NCBI GenBank assembly: GCA_030589825.1
Contig: JAUUZT010000001.1
Span: 1-24,030, forward strand
Length of the DNA: 24,030 nucleotides
Source of the DNA: Dehalococcoidia bacterium
GTDB lineage: Bacteria; Chloroflexota; Dehalococcoidia; GIF9; AB-539-J10
Direction: 5' to 3'
Shown here in pieces: positions 1 to 9,701 of this stretch (positions within the stretch are counted from its first letter, which is position 1; each line of letters starts with the position of its first letter). The translations under genes were made by a program, and so were the position numbers. Under the pieces are notes generated by a model that ran no database searches, had not been told where the DNA came from, and saw only the letters and a program-made list of their open reading frames with translations.

Positions 1-941
1 CTGTATGGAAGCTCCAATTTGCGGCACACATCCTTGGCATCATCCAGCAGACTTTCTAATTCGTCGTCTGATTTTTCTGGCTCAGTGACTTTATAAAGCT
101 CTACTTTATCAAATTGGTGACCTCTTTTAATTCCTCTAGAGTCTTTGCCAGCAGCCATCTTCTCTCTGCGGAAGCAAGCGGTATGAGCTACATAGCGGAG
201 AGGTAATTCTTGGGCTTCCAATATTTCATCACGGTGTAGATTGGTTAAAGGAACTTCTGCAGTTGGTATAAACCAAAAATCCTCTTCAATATCATGGTAT
301 AAGTTATCACTAAAGACAGGCAGATTTCCTGAACCTAGCATACATTCCTTCTTGACCATAAATGGAGGATAGATTTCGTAATAGCTGTGTTCATTTACAT
401 GTAAGTCAAGCATGAAAGAAATTAAAGCTCGCTGAAGATGTGCTCCCCAACCTTTAAGAATATAGAATCGAGTCCCAGAAAGTTTCACCCCCCTGGCGAA
501 ATCAATTATATTCAAATTTGTACCGAGGTCCCAATGAGCTAAAGGTTTAAAGGAGAAGTGTCTGGGCGTCCCCCAAGTACGAGTAAGTATATTATCATTT
601 GCATCTTTTCCCAGAGGAACACTGGGGTCGGGAATATTTGGCAGCTCGAGAAGAAGAGGGACCAGTGTATTTTTTGCATTGGTTGCCTGTTGTTGTAAAG
701 AAGCTATTTGCTCTCCCAAATCGCGCATCTGAGAAATGAGTTCAGGGGGTCTCTTTTGTGTTTTTCCCAGTTCCTTGCTTGTATGGTTGTGTTTAGCTCG
801 AAGTAATTCAACCTGTTGCAGAAAATTACGATAATCTTTATCTATTTTAACGATAGAGTCCAGAGGGAAACTTTTATTCCTCTTTTCCAGAGATTGGCGT
901 ACAAATTCAGGGCTCTCGCGGATAAGTTTAATATCAATCAT
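1..941 (-). CDS. serS: Seryl-tRNA synthetase, 5' part (3' end runs off the window; absent from the ORF track)
   Basis: Manual translation from ATG 941: [23 protein letters not shown]...[17 protein letters not shown]...[14 protein letters not shown]...[15 protein letters not shown]...[29 protein letters not shown] (class II motif 2). The start overlaps the lysS stop by 8 nt (ATGATTGA). Confidence 0.97.
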   Translation of the reverse strand, partial: MIDIKLIRESPEFVRQSLEKRNKSFPLDSIVKIDKDYRNFLQQVELLRAKHNHTSKELGKTQKRPPELISQMRDLGEQIASLQQQATNAKNTLVPLLLELPNIPDPSVPLGKDANDNILTRTWGTPRHFSFKPLAHWDLGTNLNIIDFARGVKLSGTRFYILKGWGAHLQRALISFMLDLHVNEHSYYEIYPPFMVKKECMLGSGNLPVFSDNLYHDIEEDFWFIPTAEVPLTNLHRDEILEAQELPLRYVAHTACFRREKMAAGKDSRGIKRGHQFDKVELYKVTEPEKSDDELESLLDDAKDVCRKLELPY

Positions 942-2433
942 CTTCTATTTCACTTTGTTTGGAAGAAGAAGTTGCTTTTGTTTTTAGTTGCGGAAATAGT
1001 ATAACCTCACGTATAGAGTTTTGGCCGGTTAACAGCATTATTAAACGGTCAATACCTATTCCCAATCCCCCGGTAGGAGGCATGCCATATTCCAGGGCAC
1101 TGAGAAAATCTTCATCAGAAACTTCCGTTTCTCCTTCTAAATCTTGTTCCTCTGCTTGCTTTTCAAAACGTTGTCTTTGATCAATAGGGTCGTTTAATTC
1201 AGTGAAAGCATTAGCAATCTCCATTCCATTGATGAACCCCTCAAACCGTTCTACCAAATTATTAGAGCCATGTTTCTTTTTAGCTAAAGGAGACATATCA
1301 ACAGGATAATCCAAGAGGAAAGTAGCCTCTATGAGATGCGGCTCCACGAAGGAAGAAACCAGTTCGTCAATGAGTCTTCCTCTTCCTTTGTTTGGGTCGA
1401 CCTCAAGCCCCATTTGTTCCATACGTAAGCGTAGAGAAGCTGTATCTGGATAGTCCTCAAAATCGAGGTTGCAATGTTCTTTGATAGCATCTCGTAAAGT
1501 TATTCTCTGCCAAGGGGAAGAAAGTTCGATGGTTTTATCACCTATGCTTATCTTAGAGGTGCCCAGGATTTTAGTGGCAAGTTGAGAAAACATATCCTCG
1601 ACTAATTGCATCATATCATTATAGTCAGCATACGCTTGGTAACACTCCATAAGTGTAAATTCAGGATTGTGTTTAACAGAGATGCCCTCATTGCGAAAGA
1701 CACGTCCAATTTCATAAACTCTGTCAAATCCTCCAATCAGCAATCTCTTAAGATAAAGCTCCAATGCGATGCGTAGGTAGAGGTCATTATTCAATGTATT
1801 ATGATGTGTGATAAAAGGACATGCTAATGCCCCACCTGCTTGTGCCTGAAGCATAGGTGTTTCTACTTCCATGAAACCCCTGTCGTTTAAAAAAGTTCTT
1901 ATCATAGTTATGATTTGGCTGCGGATGATAAAAATGGTTCTAACGTTTTTGTTGGATATGAGATCAAGATAACGTTGTCGGTAACGTTTTTCGACATTTA
2001 CCAAGCCATGCCATTTCTCAGGTAGAGGGCGAAGTGACTTGCATAAAATATTGAAATTGGATACTTGAAGGGTAATCTCTCCTCTCTTTGTGCGGAAAAG
2101 GATGCCTTCAGCTCCTATGAAGTCGCCTATATCCAATTCGTTAAGAAAATCGTATCTTTCTTTTTCCAGAGAGCCTTGACGGAAGCATAGCTGCATTTTA
2201 CCTGAACCATCACGGATATCTAAAAATGTCATTTTGCCCATAGAGCGCTTGGCTATAATACGACCAGCAAGAGATACCTGTGATTCAGTCTTTGCTTGTA
2301 TGAATAGCGTCATCGCTTCCTCAGTGCTATGGCTTGGATGGTAAGAGCCAGGGTATGGGTCTATGCCACTTGTTCTGATCCTGTTCAGGCTATCTAATTT
2401 CTGTTGTGCAACCTGCTCTAATCTTGTACTCAT
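934..2433 (-). CDS. lysS: Lysyl-tRNA synthetase, class II
   Basis: OB-fold N-terminus ([12 protein letters not shown]), [16 protein letters not shown], motif 2 FRNEG..HNPEFT, motif 3 [15 protein letters not shown]. Confidence 0.98.
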   Translation of the reverse strand: MSTRLEQVAQQKLDSLNRIRTSGIDPYPGSYHPSHSTEEAMTLFIQAKTESQVSLAGRIIAKRSMGKMTFLDIRDGSGKMQLCFRQGSLEKERYDFLNELDIGDFIGAEGILFRTKRGEITLQVSNFNILCKSLRPLPEKWHGLVNVEKRYRQRYLDLISNKNVRTIFIIRSQIITMIRTFLNDRGFMEVETPMLQAQAGGALACPFITHHNTLNNDLYLRIALELYLKRLLIGGFDRVYEIGRVFRNEGISVKHNPEFTLMECYQAYADYNDMMQLVEDMFSQLATKILGTSKISIGDKTIELSSPWQRITLRDAIKEHCNLDFEDYPDTASLRLRMEQMGLEVDPNKGRGRLIDELVSSFVEPHLIEATFLLDYPVDMSPLAKKKHGSNNLVERFEGFINGMEIANAFTELNDPIDQRQRFEKQAEEQDLEGETEVSDEDFLSALEYGMPPTGGLGIGIDRLIMLLTGQNSIREVILFPQLKTKATSSSKQSEIEDD

Positions 2434-2528
2434 TTAAACTCACCACGAATATCTGCCCAATTGGAATCTATTTATTGATAAACTTATCATAGAGACACTA
2501 CAAAAAAAGGTGATTAATATTAGCAATT

Positions 2529-2762
2529 TCAGTCTTGCTTGGTATCTAGAAGCGATTTGGCCTCTTTAGCCAAATGCTCTGGTACCATTACTTTTACTTC
2601 CCCCAACCCATCAATAGTAAGGCCATAAACTAAACCTGCACTTTCATAACTTAAAAGAACTGGAATACCTTCACTTTCCAGTCGCCCTTTTATTATCTGT
2701 GCCTCTATCTGTCTAGCAATAGCTATTACAGATAGCTTATCACCTGTAGATTCTATAGACAT
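2529..2762 (-). CDS. DUF2007-family small protein (putative signal-transducing, PII/GlnB-like fold)
   Basis: 77 aa with the pattern EAQIIKGRLESEGIP...GLGEVKVMVPE...EAKSLL, recognised from memory as DUF2007. Confidence 0.8.
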   Translation of the reverse strand: MSIESTGDKLSVIAIARQIEAQIIKGRLESEGIPVLLSYESAGLVYGLTIDGLGEVKVMVPEHLAKEAKSLLDTKQD

Positions 2763-2768
2763 AACTTA

Positions 2769-2785
2769 ATGATACTATTCTACCA
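2769..2785 (-). promoter_or_regulatory. Extended -10 promoter for DUF2007 (short-leader or leaderless)
   Basis: Minus strand TGgTAGAAT (2785-2777), plus a second hexamer TATCAT (2774-2769) 6 nt before the ATG; no SD. Confidence 0.5.
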
Positions 2786-2836
2786 AAAACTTGGGAACCT
2801 CTCCAGTCCCTGATTAAAAATAAGGTGCGTCGGCTT

Positions 2837-2866
2837 TTGAACCGTTCTTTTTACTGGTGTTATAAT
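2837..2866 (+). promoter_or_regulatory. Sigma70-type promoter for pcrA
   Basis: TTGAAC (2837-2842), 18-nt spacer, TGt-TATAAT (2858-2866); ATG 14 nt after the -10; no SD. Confidence 0.7.
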
Positions 2867-2880
2867 GATTATTCATTCTT

Positions 2881-5055
2881 ATGGATTTTCTTACTTCTCT
2901 TAATCATGCTCAGAGGCAGGCAGTGGAAGCTGTAGATGGCCCTGTGCTTATTCTGGCTGGGCCTGGTAGTGGCAAGACTAGAGTAATTACTCATAGGATT
3001 GCCTATCTGGTCAAAGTTTGCGGTGTTAAACCATTCCATATCATGGCTGTTACTTTCACTAACCGAGCCGCTCGAGAGATGAAAGGACGGTTGAATGAGT
3101 TAATAGGTCAGCAGATAGAATCCTTAGCTATAGGCACATTTCATTCTATTTGTGCGCAAATTCTGCGTCGGGAAGGTAGAATCATTGGGCTTAACTCCAG
3201 TTTTGTTATCTATGACGAGGATGATCAAATAAAAGTAATCAAGCAAAGTCTTGAAGCAGAAAAATTGGATCCCAAACAGTACGCACCGCGAGCTCTGCTA
3301 TCTGCTATAAGTTCCGCAAAAAGTAGTCTTATAGGTCCCAAAGAATATTCGGAGCGGATTAATAGTTATTTTGATGAGATTGTTTATAGAGTCTACCAGA
3401 GGTACCAGCAATTGCTTGATCGAAGTTCTGCTGTGGATTTTGATGACTTACTAATGAAGGTAGTAAGTTTATTTAAAGCTCATCCTGATATACTAGCTAC
3501 CTATCAGTCGCGTTACGTTCATATCTTAGTTGATGAATTTCAGGATACGAACGCTGTTCAATACATGCTTGTTAAGCAATTGTCAGGTAAATATCATAAT
3601 GTCTGCGTTGTTGGTGACCCTGACCAATCAATTTACTCTTGGAGATCTGCAGACCTTCGTAATATTTTAGATTTCGAGAAGGATTATCCCGAAGCTAAAG
3701 TATTGTTTCTGGAACAGAACTATCGTTCTACTAAGACTATTTTAAATGTAGCAACGGATGTTATTACAGCGAATGTTCAGCGAAAACCTAAGGAACTATG
3801 GACGGAGAACGAGACAGGCTCTCCTGTGACCATTATAGAAAGTTATAGTGAAGGGGAAGAAGCGCAAGCAGTAGTTAACAACATTGATGAGTTGGTGAGT
3901 CAGGGGCGTATAGCATACAAGGACTGTGCTGTAATGTATCGTGTAAATGCCCAATCACGAGTTTTGGAGGAAGCCTTTATACGTTACGGAATGCCTTATA
4001 TGCTTGTTAATAGTACTGGTTTTTATCATAGGCGGGAAGTGAAAGATGTTATCTCTTATCTTCGAGTCATACAGAATCCCAGTGACGATGTTAGTATGGC
4101 TCGAATAATTAACATTCCAGGACGGGGCATTGGGCAACGTACTCTGAGCCAACTATATAGTTTGGCAGGCTCTCGACAAGATTCTCTTTATACTGTATTA
4201 AAAGAGGTTGCCAGAGGAGGATTCCTTTCTTCACGTATTACGTCGACTCTAGTTGGTTTTATTACCATGATTGATAAGTTCATTGAGGTAAGACAAACGA
4301 GGGGATTGGTTAAACTACTGGATGAGATACTGTTGTGTACTGCTTATAAAGAATACCTGGATCGTGTTGGGGATGGTGATGAGCGATGGGAAAATGTCAT
4401 GGAACTACGGAGTGTTGCTACTGAATATGATTCCAATAATTCTACAGAATCCTTAGTTGCCTTTTTGGAAAAAGTTAGTCTGGTAGCTGATGCTGATGGT
4501 TTGACTGAGAGTACTGGAGCAGTAACTCTGGTGACTCTACATCAGGCCAAAGGATTGGAGTTTCCTGTCGTTTTTATTGTTGGTTTGGAAGAAGGAATTT
4601 TACCTCATAGCAGATCTCTTGATGATCCTGGAGAAATGGAAGAAGAGCGACGTCTTTGTTATGTTGGTATAACTAGGGCTAAGGAACGGCTTTATCTACT
4701 GCGTACTCATCGGCGTACGCTATTTGGCAAAGGCTCAGCAAATCGTGCCTCGCGCTTTCTCCGTGATATATCGCCACGCCTGACAACTACTATAGGATTA
4801 TGGAAAAGGGAGAGCATTGGGCCTGTAATAGATATGCATACTTCACCAGAGTTATATCCTAATGATCTTATAGAATTGAAAGTTGGTGATTGGGTTTACC
4901 ACAGCAAATTTGGTGATGGAGTGGTGAAAGATTGTATTAATGACAGGGGGGATAAAGTGGTGACTGTGGCTTTTGAACAGGTAGGAGCTAAGAAGCTAAT
5001 GCTTAGTTTGGCACCATTAGAGAAAATTGAAAAAGACCCATATTCTTCTATATAA
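2881..5055 (+). CDS. pcrA: PcrA/UvrD superfamily 1 DNA helicase
   Basis: Walker A GPGSGKT, AVTFTNRAA, Walker B VDEFQD, VGDPDQSIY, EQNYRS, TLHQAKGLEF, EEERRLCYVGITRAK, and a C-terminal Tudor-like tail (HSKFGDG). Confidence 0.96.
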   Translation: MDFLTSLNHAQRQAVEAVDGPVLILAGPGSGKTRVITHRIAYLVKVCGVKPFHIMAVTFTNRAAREMKGRLNELIGQQIESLAIGTFHSICAQILRREGRIIGLNSSFVIYDEDDQIKVIKQSLEAEKLDPKQYAPRALLSAISSAKSSLIGPKEYSERINSYFDEIVYRVYQRYQQLLDRSSAVDFDDLLMKVVSLFKAHPDILATYQSRYVHILVDEFQDTNAVQYMLVKQLSGKYHNVCVVGDPDQSIYSWRSADLRNILDFEKDYPEAKVLFLEQNYRSTKTILNVATDVITANVQRKPKELWTENETGSPVTIIESYSEGEEAQAVVNNIDELVSQGRIAYKDCAVMYRVNAQSRVLEEAFIRYGMPYMLVNSTGFYHRREVKDVISYLRVIQNPSDDVSMARIINIPGRGIGQRTLSQLYSLAGSRQDSLYTVLKEVARGGFLSSRITSTLVGFITMIDKFIEVRQTRGLVKLLDEILLCTAYKEYLDRVGDGDERWENVMELRSVATEYDSNNSTESLVAFLEKVSLVADADGLTESTGAVTLVTLHQAKGLEFPVVFIVGLEEGILPHSRSLDDPGEMEEERRLCYVGITRAKERLYLLRTHRRTLFGKGSANRASRFLRDISPRLTTTIGLWKRESIGPVIDMHTSPELYPNDLIELKVGDWVYHSKFGDGVVKDCINDRGDKVVTVAFEQVGAKKLMLSLAPLEKIEKDPYSSI

Positions 5056-5059
5056 ACTA

Positions 5060-5089
5060 TTGACATATTACACGAAAGCGTGTAATACT
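5060..5089 (+). promoter_or_regulatory. Promoter for mutL with a perfect inverted repeat in the spacer
   Basis: TTGACA (5060-5065), 18 nt, TGt-AATACT (5081-5089). Inverted repeat TATTACACG-aaag-CGTGTAATA at 5066-5087. ATG 7 nt after the -10. Confidence 0.65.
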
Positions 5090-5096
5090 GGAACTT

Positions 5097-6782
5097 ATGT
5101 CTATTAAAATATTGGCGCCAAATATGGCGTCGAAGATTGCTGCTGGAGAGGTGATTGAAAGGCCGGCTTCAGTGGTTAAGGAGTTGATAGAAAACTCCTT
5201 AGATGCTGCAGCCAGTCAGATCTCTATAGAAATTCAAGGTGGTGGCGTCAGGTCAATTAAAGTAGTTGATAATGGATCAGGTATCCCTTCAACCGAAGTG
5301 GAACTTGCTTTTTGTCGTTATGCCACCAGCAAGATTGCTAATTTGGTTGATTTGGAGAAGATTACAAGTCTGGGATTTAGGGGTGAGGCTCTACCAAGTA
5401 TTGCTGCTGTTGCGGAAATAGAACTCTCAACTAAAAATTCCTTGAATAATGTCGGTAGCTATTTACATCTGCTAGAGAACGAGGAACTTCGTAGAGAGGA
5501 TATTTCTAGACCTTCTGGGACTACTGTAATTGTGCGCCGCTTATTTCGTTATTTTCCTGCCAGGCTAAAGTTCCTGAAATCAATAAATACAGAGAATAGT
5601 CACATAGCTCATATAGTGGGGCAGTATGCCATGGCGTTTCCTGAGGTTAAGTTCAGTTTACTACTGGATAATCATCAAAGTATACAAACTATAGGTGATG
5701 GAGATCTCCGAGGAGTAGTGAGTCAGATCTATGGTTTTAAAATGGCTCAAGAGATGAAGGCGTTTTCTAAGGATAATCTGGATATTAGGATTGAAGGCTT
5801 GTTAAGCCCTCCTTCTTTAACTCGTTCTGATTACAATTACCTTAGCTTCTTTATTAATAGGCGATGGGTGCGTAGTCCGTTATTAGTGAAGGCAGTTGAG
5901 CAAGCATACCATGGCTTACTTATGGGAGGGAGACACCCTCTAGTAGTAATGAAACTATCGTTGTTACCTGATGGGATTGATGTTAATGTTCATCCAACCA
6001 AAGCGCAGGTAAAATTTCATGATGAACGAACAGTCTTCATCAGTGTCAAGAAAGCAGTGGAGGAAGTATTACGGAGCATATCTATAGCAAGGACTAATAT
6101 CCAATTCCCTTCAGATAGTTCATGGTCACAGCAGCGCTCTCTAAGTATCAGGGAGAGCGAGCCAGTATTGAATGGTTTCTCCTCTATAAATAATACCAGT
6201 CCTGCTACTTTACCGGCATTACGGGTATTGGGGCAGTTGGCCAATATGTATGTAATTGCTGAGGGCCCGGATGGATTATATATTATTGATCAGCATGCTG
6301 CTCATGAAAGGGTACGGTTTGATAGGATTTTAGAGCAATGGGCAAAACAGAAGGTTGAAGTACAGGGATTGCTTCAACCTTTTACTATTGAACTAAGTCC
6401 TAAAGAAGATGAAATCTGGAGAGGTAATGAAGAAAATTTGTTACGGTTTGGATTTCATGTTGAATCTTTTGGTGATAGGAACTATATATTACGTGCTATG
6501 CCTGTGCTAATTGCGAATGAGAACATACGTGAAGTTCTTACAGATTTGTTTGATGCTTTATCTCGCAGAGATGATTCTGTTCCATGGGAGGAAAAGATTG
6601 CCAAGTCGCTGTCATGTCACGGCGCAATAGTAGCAGGTCAACAACTTAGTAATGAGGAAATGAGAGAATTGATAAGCCAGTTGGAGCAAAGCAAACAGCC
6701 GCGTAGTTGCCCTCATGGAAGGCCAACGGTGATACATATGAGCTTGCTTCAATTTGAGAAGGAATTTGGCAGAAAGGTTTAG
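5097..6782 (+). CDS. mutL: DNA mismatch repair protein MutL, endonuclease type
   Basis: KIAAGEVIERPASVVKELIENSLDA, DNGSG, GFRGEALPSI, DVNVHPTK; endonuclease motifs DQHAAHER, SCH and CPHGRP; clamp-binding-like QGLLQP. Confidence 0.97.
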   Translation: MSIKILAPNMASKIAAGEVIERPASVVKELIENSLDAAASQISIEIQGGGVRSIKVVDNGSGIPSTEVELAFCRYATSKIANLVDLEKITSLGFRGEALPSIAAVAEIELSTKNSLNNVGSYLHLLENEELRREDISRPSGTTVIVRRLFRYFPARLKFLKSINTENSHIAHIVGQYAMAFPEVKFSLLLDNHQSIQTIGDGDLRGVVSQIYGFKMAQEMKAFSKDNLDIRIEGLLSPPSLTRSDYNYLSFFINRRWVRSPLLVKAVEQAYHGLLMGGRHPLVVMKLSLLPDGIDVNVHPTKAQVKFHDERTVFISVKKAVEEVLRSISIARTNIQFPSDSSWSQQRSLSIRESEPVLNGFSSINNTSPATLPALRVLGQLANMYVIAEGPDGLYIIDQHAAHERVRFDRILEQWAKQKVEVQGLLQPFTIELSPKEDEIWRGNEENLLRFGFHVESFGDRNYILRAMPVLIANENIREVLTDLFDALSRRDDSVPWEEKIAKSLSCHGAIVAGQQLSNEEMRELISQLEQSKQPRSCPHGRPTVIHMSLLQFEKEFGRKV

Positions 6783-6832
6783 TCAATTGCATAACTTCGG
6801 GCTTCCCGATTGACGGAGTAATGTCGATATTC

Positions 6833-6861
6833 TTTACAATAGCTGCGTTGCAGGGTACAAT
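6833..6861 (+). promoter_or_regulatory. Promoter for the nucleotidyltransferase-secDF unit
   Basis: TTTACA (6833-6838), 17 nt, TACAAT (6856-6861). A second candidate is TTGACG (6810-6815), 19 nt, TACAAT (6835-6840). Both lie inside the ORF-track 5' extension, which favours ATG 6872 as the start. Confidence 0.55.
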
Positions 6862-6871
6862 TACTAGTCAT

Positions 6872-8359
6872 ATGTTTTCTACTATTCAAGACCGTATTTT
6901 TTTCTACCGCGATAGGATATGCCATCTACTAGAGCTTCAAGGGCATCGTGGCTATATTGTTGGTGGGTTTGTTCGGGACATGTTTCTGGAGAGGCAGACG
7001 AACGATATCGACATAGCGGTTGATGGAAATGCCCTGACTATAGCTGAAGCTATTGCTGAAGAGTTTAAAGGAAAGTTTGTAGTACTTGACAGGGCGAACA
7101 AAATAGCTAGAGTTGTGGTAATCGAGGAAGATGGACAATGGCATATGGATTTTTCCTCTTTTTCAGGTGATATTGAAACAGATCTTGCCCGTCGGGACTT
7201 CACCATTGATGCAATGGCTGTTGACCTCGTTGGGTTAAGTGCAGAATCTCCATTGAAGGTTATTGACCCTTTTTCTGGCAGAGAAGACATAAAAAATAAA
7301 GTGCTGCGTGCAGTGAGTGATGGGACATTTGAAAATGATGCTGTCAGGTTATTAAAGGCAGTGCGTCTGGCTGCTGAGCTTGATTTTGAAATCGAACAAC
7401 ATACTGAAATACTTATTCGAGAGTATTCACAATTCCTCAGCAAAGTTGCTGGTGAGCGGATTAGGGAAGAATTAATTCGCTTGCTTCATTTACCTGGAGC
7501 CGTTCATAATCTCCGTCGTTTGGATAATTTGGGATTATTAACAGTTATGCTACCTGAGATGATGGATGGTAAGGAAGTAGGGCAGCCGACTGTACATTTT
7601 TGGGATATATTTGAACATTCTCTTCAGACAGTGGCAACGCTTGAGTTCATTATGCACGAAAGCGATTGGGAGTATAGTAATGGAGAGATGTTGACTACAG
7701 CTATCTGGTCAGAAGAAATTGAGGAACATCTATCTCTTGGGGTTTCTAAGGGTAGTAATCATAGAGTTCTCCTTAAGCTAGCAGCCTTACTTCATGATGT
7801 GGCTAAACCAAGAACAAAAGTTCTGGATGACAATGGACGGGCACGTTTTATAGGGCATGCAAAACAGGGTGCGGAGCTTGTAACAAACATCATGGAAAGA
7901 TTACGCTTCAGTGGGCGTGAAACAAGGCTTGTAGAAGATATGGTGATGCATCATCTTCATCCTGTTCAGATGGCAACAGAGGGATTGCCCTCCAGTAAGG
8001 CAGTCTATCGCTATTTTCGTGATAGAGGAGATTCGGCTATTGATGTTCTATTATTAGCATTGGCTGATTTTCTGGCTTGCCTTGGACCTCTTGTAACTAT
8101 GGAAGGATGGAAACAACATTGCCGGTTGATATCTTACATTCTTGAAGAGCATAAAGAACAACAAGCTAAGATTTCGCCGATTAAGATTGTGAATGGATAT
8201 GACTTAATGGAGAAACTTGGCCTGCCCTCTGGTCCATTACTTGGAGAGTTGTTAAAGATGCTAGGTGAGGCGCAGGCCAGCGGTGACATAAATAACAGAG
8301 AGGAAGCCTTAGCGTTGGCGGAAAAGGAATTAAGTAAACAACGCTGTGGCGCAAGATAG
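6872..8359 (+). CDS. Class II tRNA nucleotidyltransferase with HD domain, probably CC-adding type (ORF track starts at 6821; ATG 6872 preferred)
   Basis: Motif A GGFVRD..NDIDIA, motif B DLARRDFT, DPFSG, motif D variant NDAVR, ERIREEL; HD domain (EHSLQTV...LLHDVAKP; CAT GAT at 7793-7798). The flexible loop before motif B is missing. Confidence 0.88.
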   Translation: MFSTIQDRIFFYRDRICHLLELQGHRGYIVGGFVRDMFLERQTNDIDIAVDGNALTIAEAIAEEFKGKFVVLDRANKIARVVVIEEDGQWHMDFSSFSGDIETDLARRDFTIDAMAVDLVGLSAESPLKVIDPFSGREDIKNKVLRAVSDGTFENDAVRLLKAVRLAAELDFEIEQHTEILIREYSQFLSKVAGERIREELIRLLHLPGAVHNLRRLDNLGLLTVMLPEMMDGKEVGQPTVHFWDIFEHSLQTVATLEFIMHESDWEYSNGEMLTTAIWSEEIEEHLSLGVSKGSNHRVLLKLAALLHDVAKPRTKVLDDNGRARFIGHAKQGAELVTNIMERLRFSGRETRLVEDMVMHHLHPVQMATEGLPSSKAVYRYFRDRGDSAIDVLLLALADFLACLGPLVTMEGWKQHCRLISYILEEHKEQQAKISPIKIVNGYDLMEKLGLPSGPLLGELLKMLGEAQASGDINNREEALALAEKELSKQRCGAR

Positions 8360-9701
8360 TAATTTGAAAAAGAATCGTATCCTGCTTATATTAATTGTTG
8401 TATTGTTTGGCTTGGCGTTGTGGCAAATAGTCCCTTTTAATGAAAAGTTACTTGGTTCTGATGGGTTAACATTGGGCCTTGATCTCCGTGGCGGCAGCCA
8501 GTTACTCTATCGGGCTGATTTGTCAAAGAAAGACCCTGATGTTAGTGATGAAGTTGCCTTATCAGCAGTGATTGAGAAAATCCAACGAAGAGTTAATGAA
8601 TACGGGGCGACTGAACCGGTAATTCAGAGGATGGGAGTTGATCGGATACTGGTTCAGTTACCAGGAGAGAAAGATATAAACAGAGCGATTGAGCTCATAG
8701 GTGAAACCGGACAGCTTTACTTTGTAGAACAGGAACTGGATGAAAATAATGAACCTGTACTTGATGAAGAAGGATACTGGGTGTTTAGTGACGAACCAGC
8801 GAAAGCGGAAGGAAAGGATGGTACCGTAAAAGCTCTTACTGGAGAATATTTAAAGCGGGCATATCAGGATATCGACCCTTATCAAGGACCTGTTGTTGTT
8901 ATTGAATGGAACAGCGAGGGGGCATACCTTTTTGAGAAAATAACTGGGGCTAATCTGAATAGACCACTGGCCATTGTCATTGATAAGGATATTATCTCAA
9001 TGCCAGTAGTACGGAGTGTGATAACATCAGGTACCCCCGGACGTATTGAGGGAAACTTTACTATTGAAGAGGCTAAAAGCCTGACGATAAAGCTCAATTC
9101 TGGTGCTCTGGATCTTCCGTTAGATCTTATTGACCAGAGGGATGTGGACGCCTCATTGGGAGCTGATTCTGTAAGTAAAAGCATATTGGCGGCTAAGATT
9201 GGTTTGATACTGCTACTGCTGTTTATGATTTTTTACTATCGTCTCCCTGGTTTGATAGCTTGCTTGAGCCTTGTTATTTACGGAACACTATTAGTAGCCA
9301 TCTTTAAGATATTTTCTGTGAATCTGACATTAACCTTACCAGGAATTGCTGCTGCTATCTTATCTTTAGGTATGGCAGTAGATGCTAATGTACTCATCTT
9401 TGAGAGGATGAAAGAAGAGTTACGTGCTGGGCGCGACTTGAAGATGGCTGTAGAAGCTGGGTTTAACCGGGCGTGGACAGCTATTCGAGATAGTAATATT
9501 ACCACTTTCATTGCCTGCATTGTCCTTTTCTGGTTGGGTGGTACCTTTGGTGCTTTTATGGTCAGGGGTTTTGCACTGACTCTATTTATTGGTGTAGCAC
9601 TGAGTATGTTTACTGCCATCGTTATTACTCGAACCTTTCTTCGCTTCATTGTCAGAAGCCAGATAATTACAGATTTAAAAGCTTACGGAGTTGAAAAATG
9701 A
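8346..9701 (+). CDS. secD: Protein translocase subunit SecD
   Basis: LGLDLRGG, IQRRVNEYGATEP, P1 domain, TLTLPGIAAAILSLGMAVDANVLIFERMKEE, DSNITT. GTG start overlaps the upstream gene by 14 nt; the exact start is uncertain. Confidence 0.97.
   Translation: MAQDSNLKKNRILLILIVVLFGLALWQIVPFNEKLLGSDGLTLGLDLRGGSQLLYRADLSKKDPDVSDEVALSAVIEKIQRRVNEYGATEPVIQRMGVDRILVQLPGEKDINRAIELIGETGQLYFVEQELDENNEPVLDEEGYWVFSDEPAKAEGKDGTVKALTGEYLKRAYQDIDPYQGPVVVIEWNSEGAYLFEKITGANLNRPLAIVIDKDIISMPVVRSVITSGTPGRIEGNFTIEEAKSLTIKLNSGALDLPLDLIDQRDVDASLGADSVSKSILAAKIGLILLLLFMIFYYRLPGLIACLSLVIYGTLLVAIFKIFSVNLTLTLPGIAAAILSLGMAVDANVLIFERMKEELRAGRDLKMAVEAGFNRAWTAIRDSNITTFIACIVLFWLGGTFGAFMVRGFALTLFIGVALSMFTAIVITRTFLRFIVRSQIITDLKAYGVEK

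Noticed and set aside
934-975. LysS C-terminal tail [13 protein letters not shown] as a functional extension
   Set aside because: Adequately explained by overlap with the serS start region.
2839-2847. GAAC-C-GTTC dyad overlapping the pcrA -35 as an SOS box
   Set aside because: The Gram-positive/Dehalococcoides LexA box needs a 4-nt spacer; this has 1 nt.
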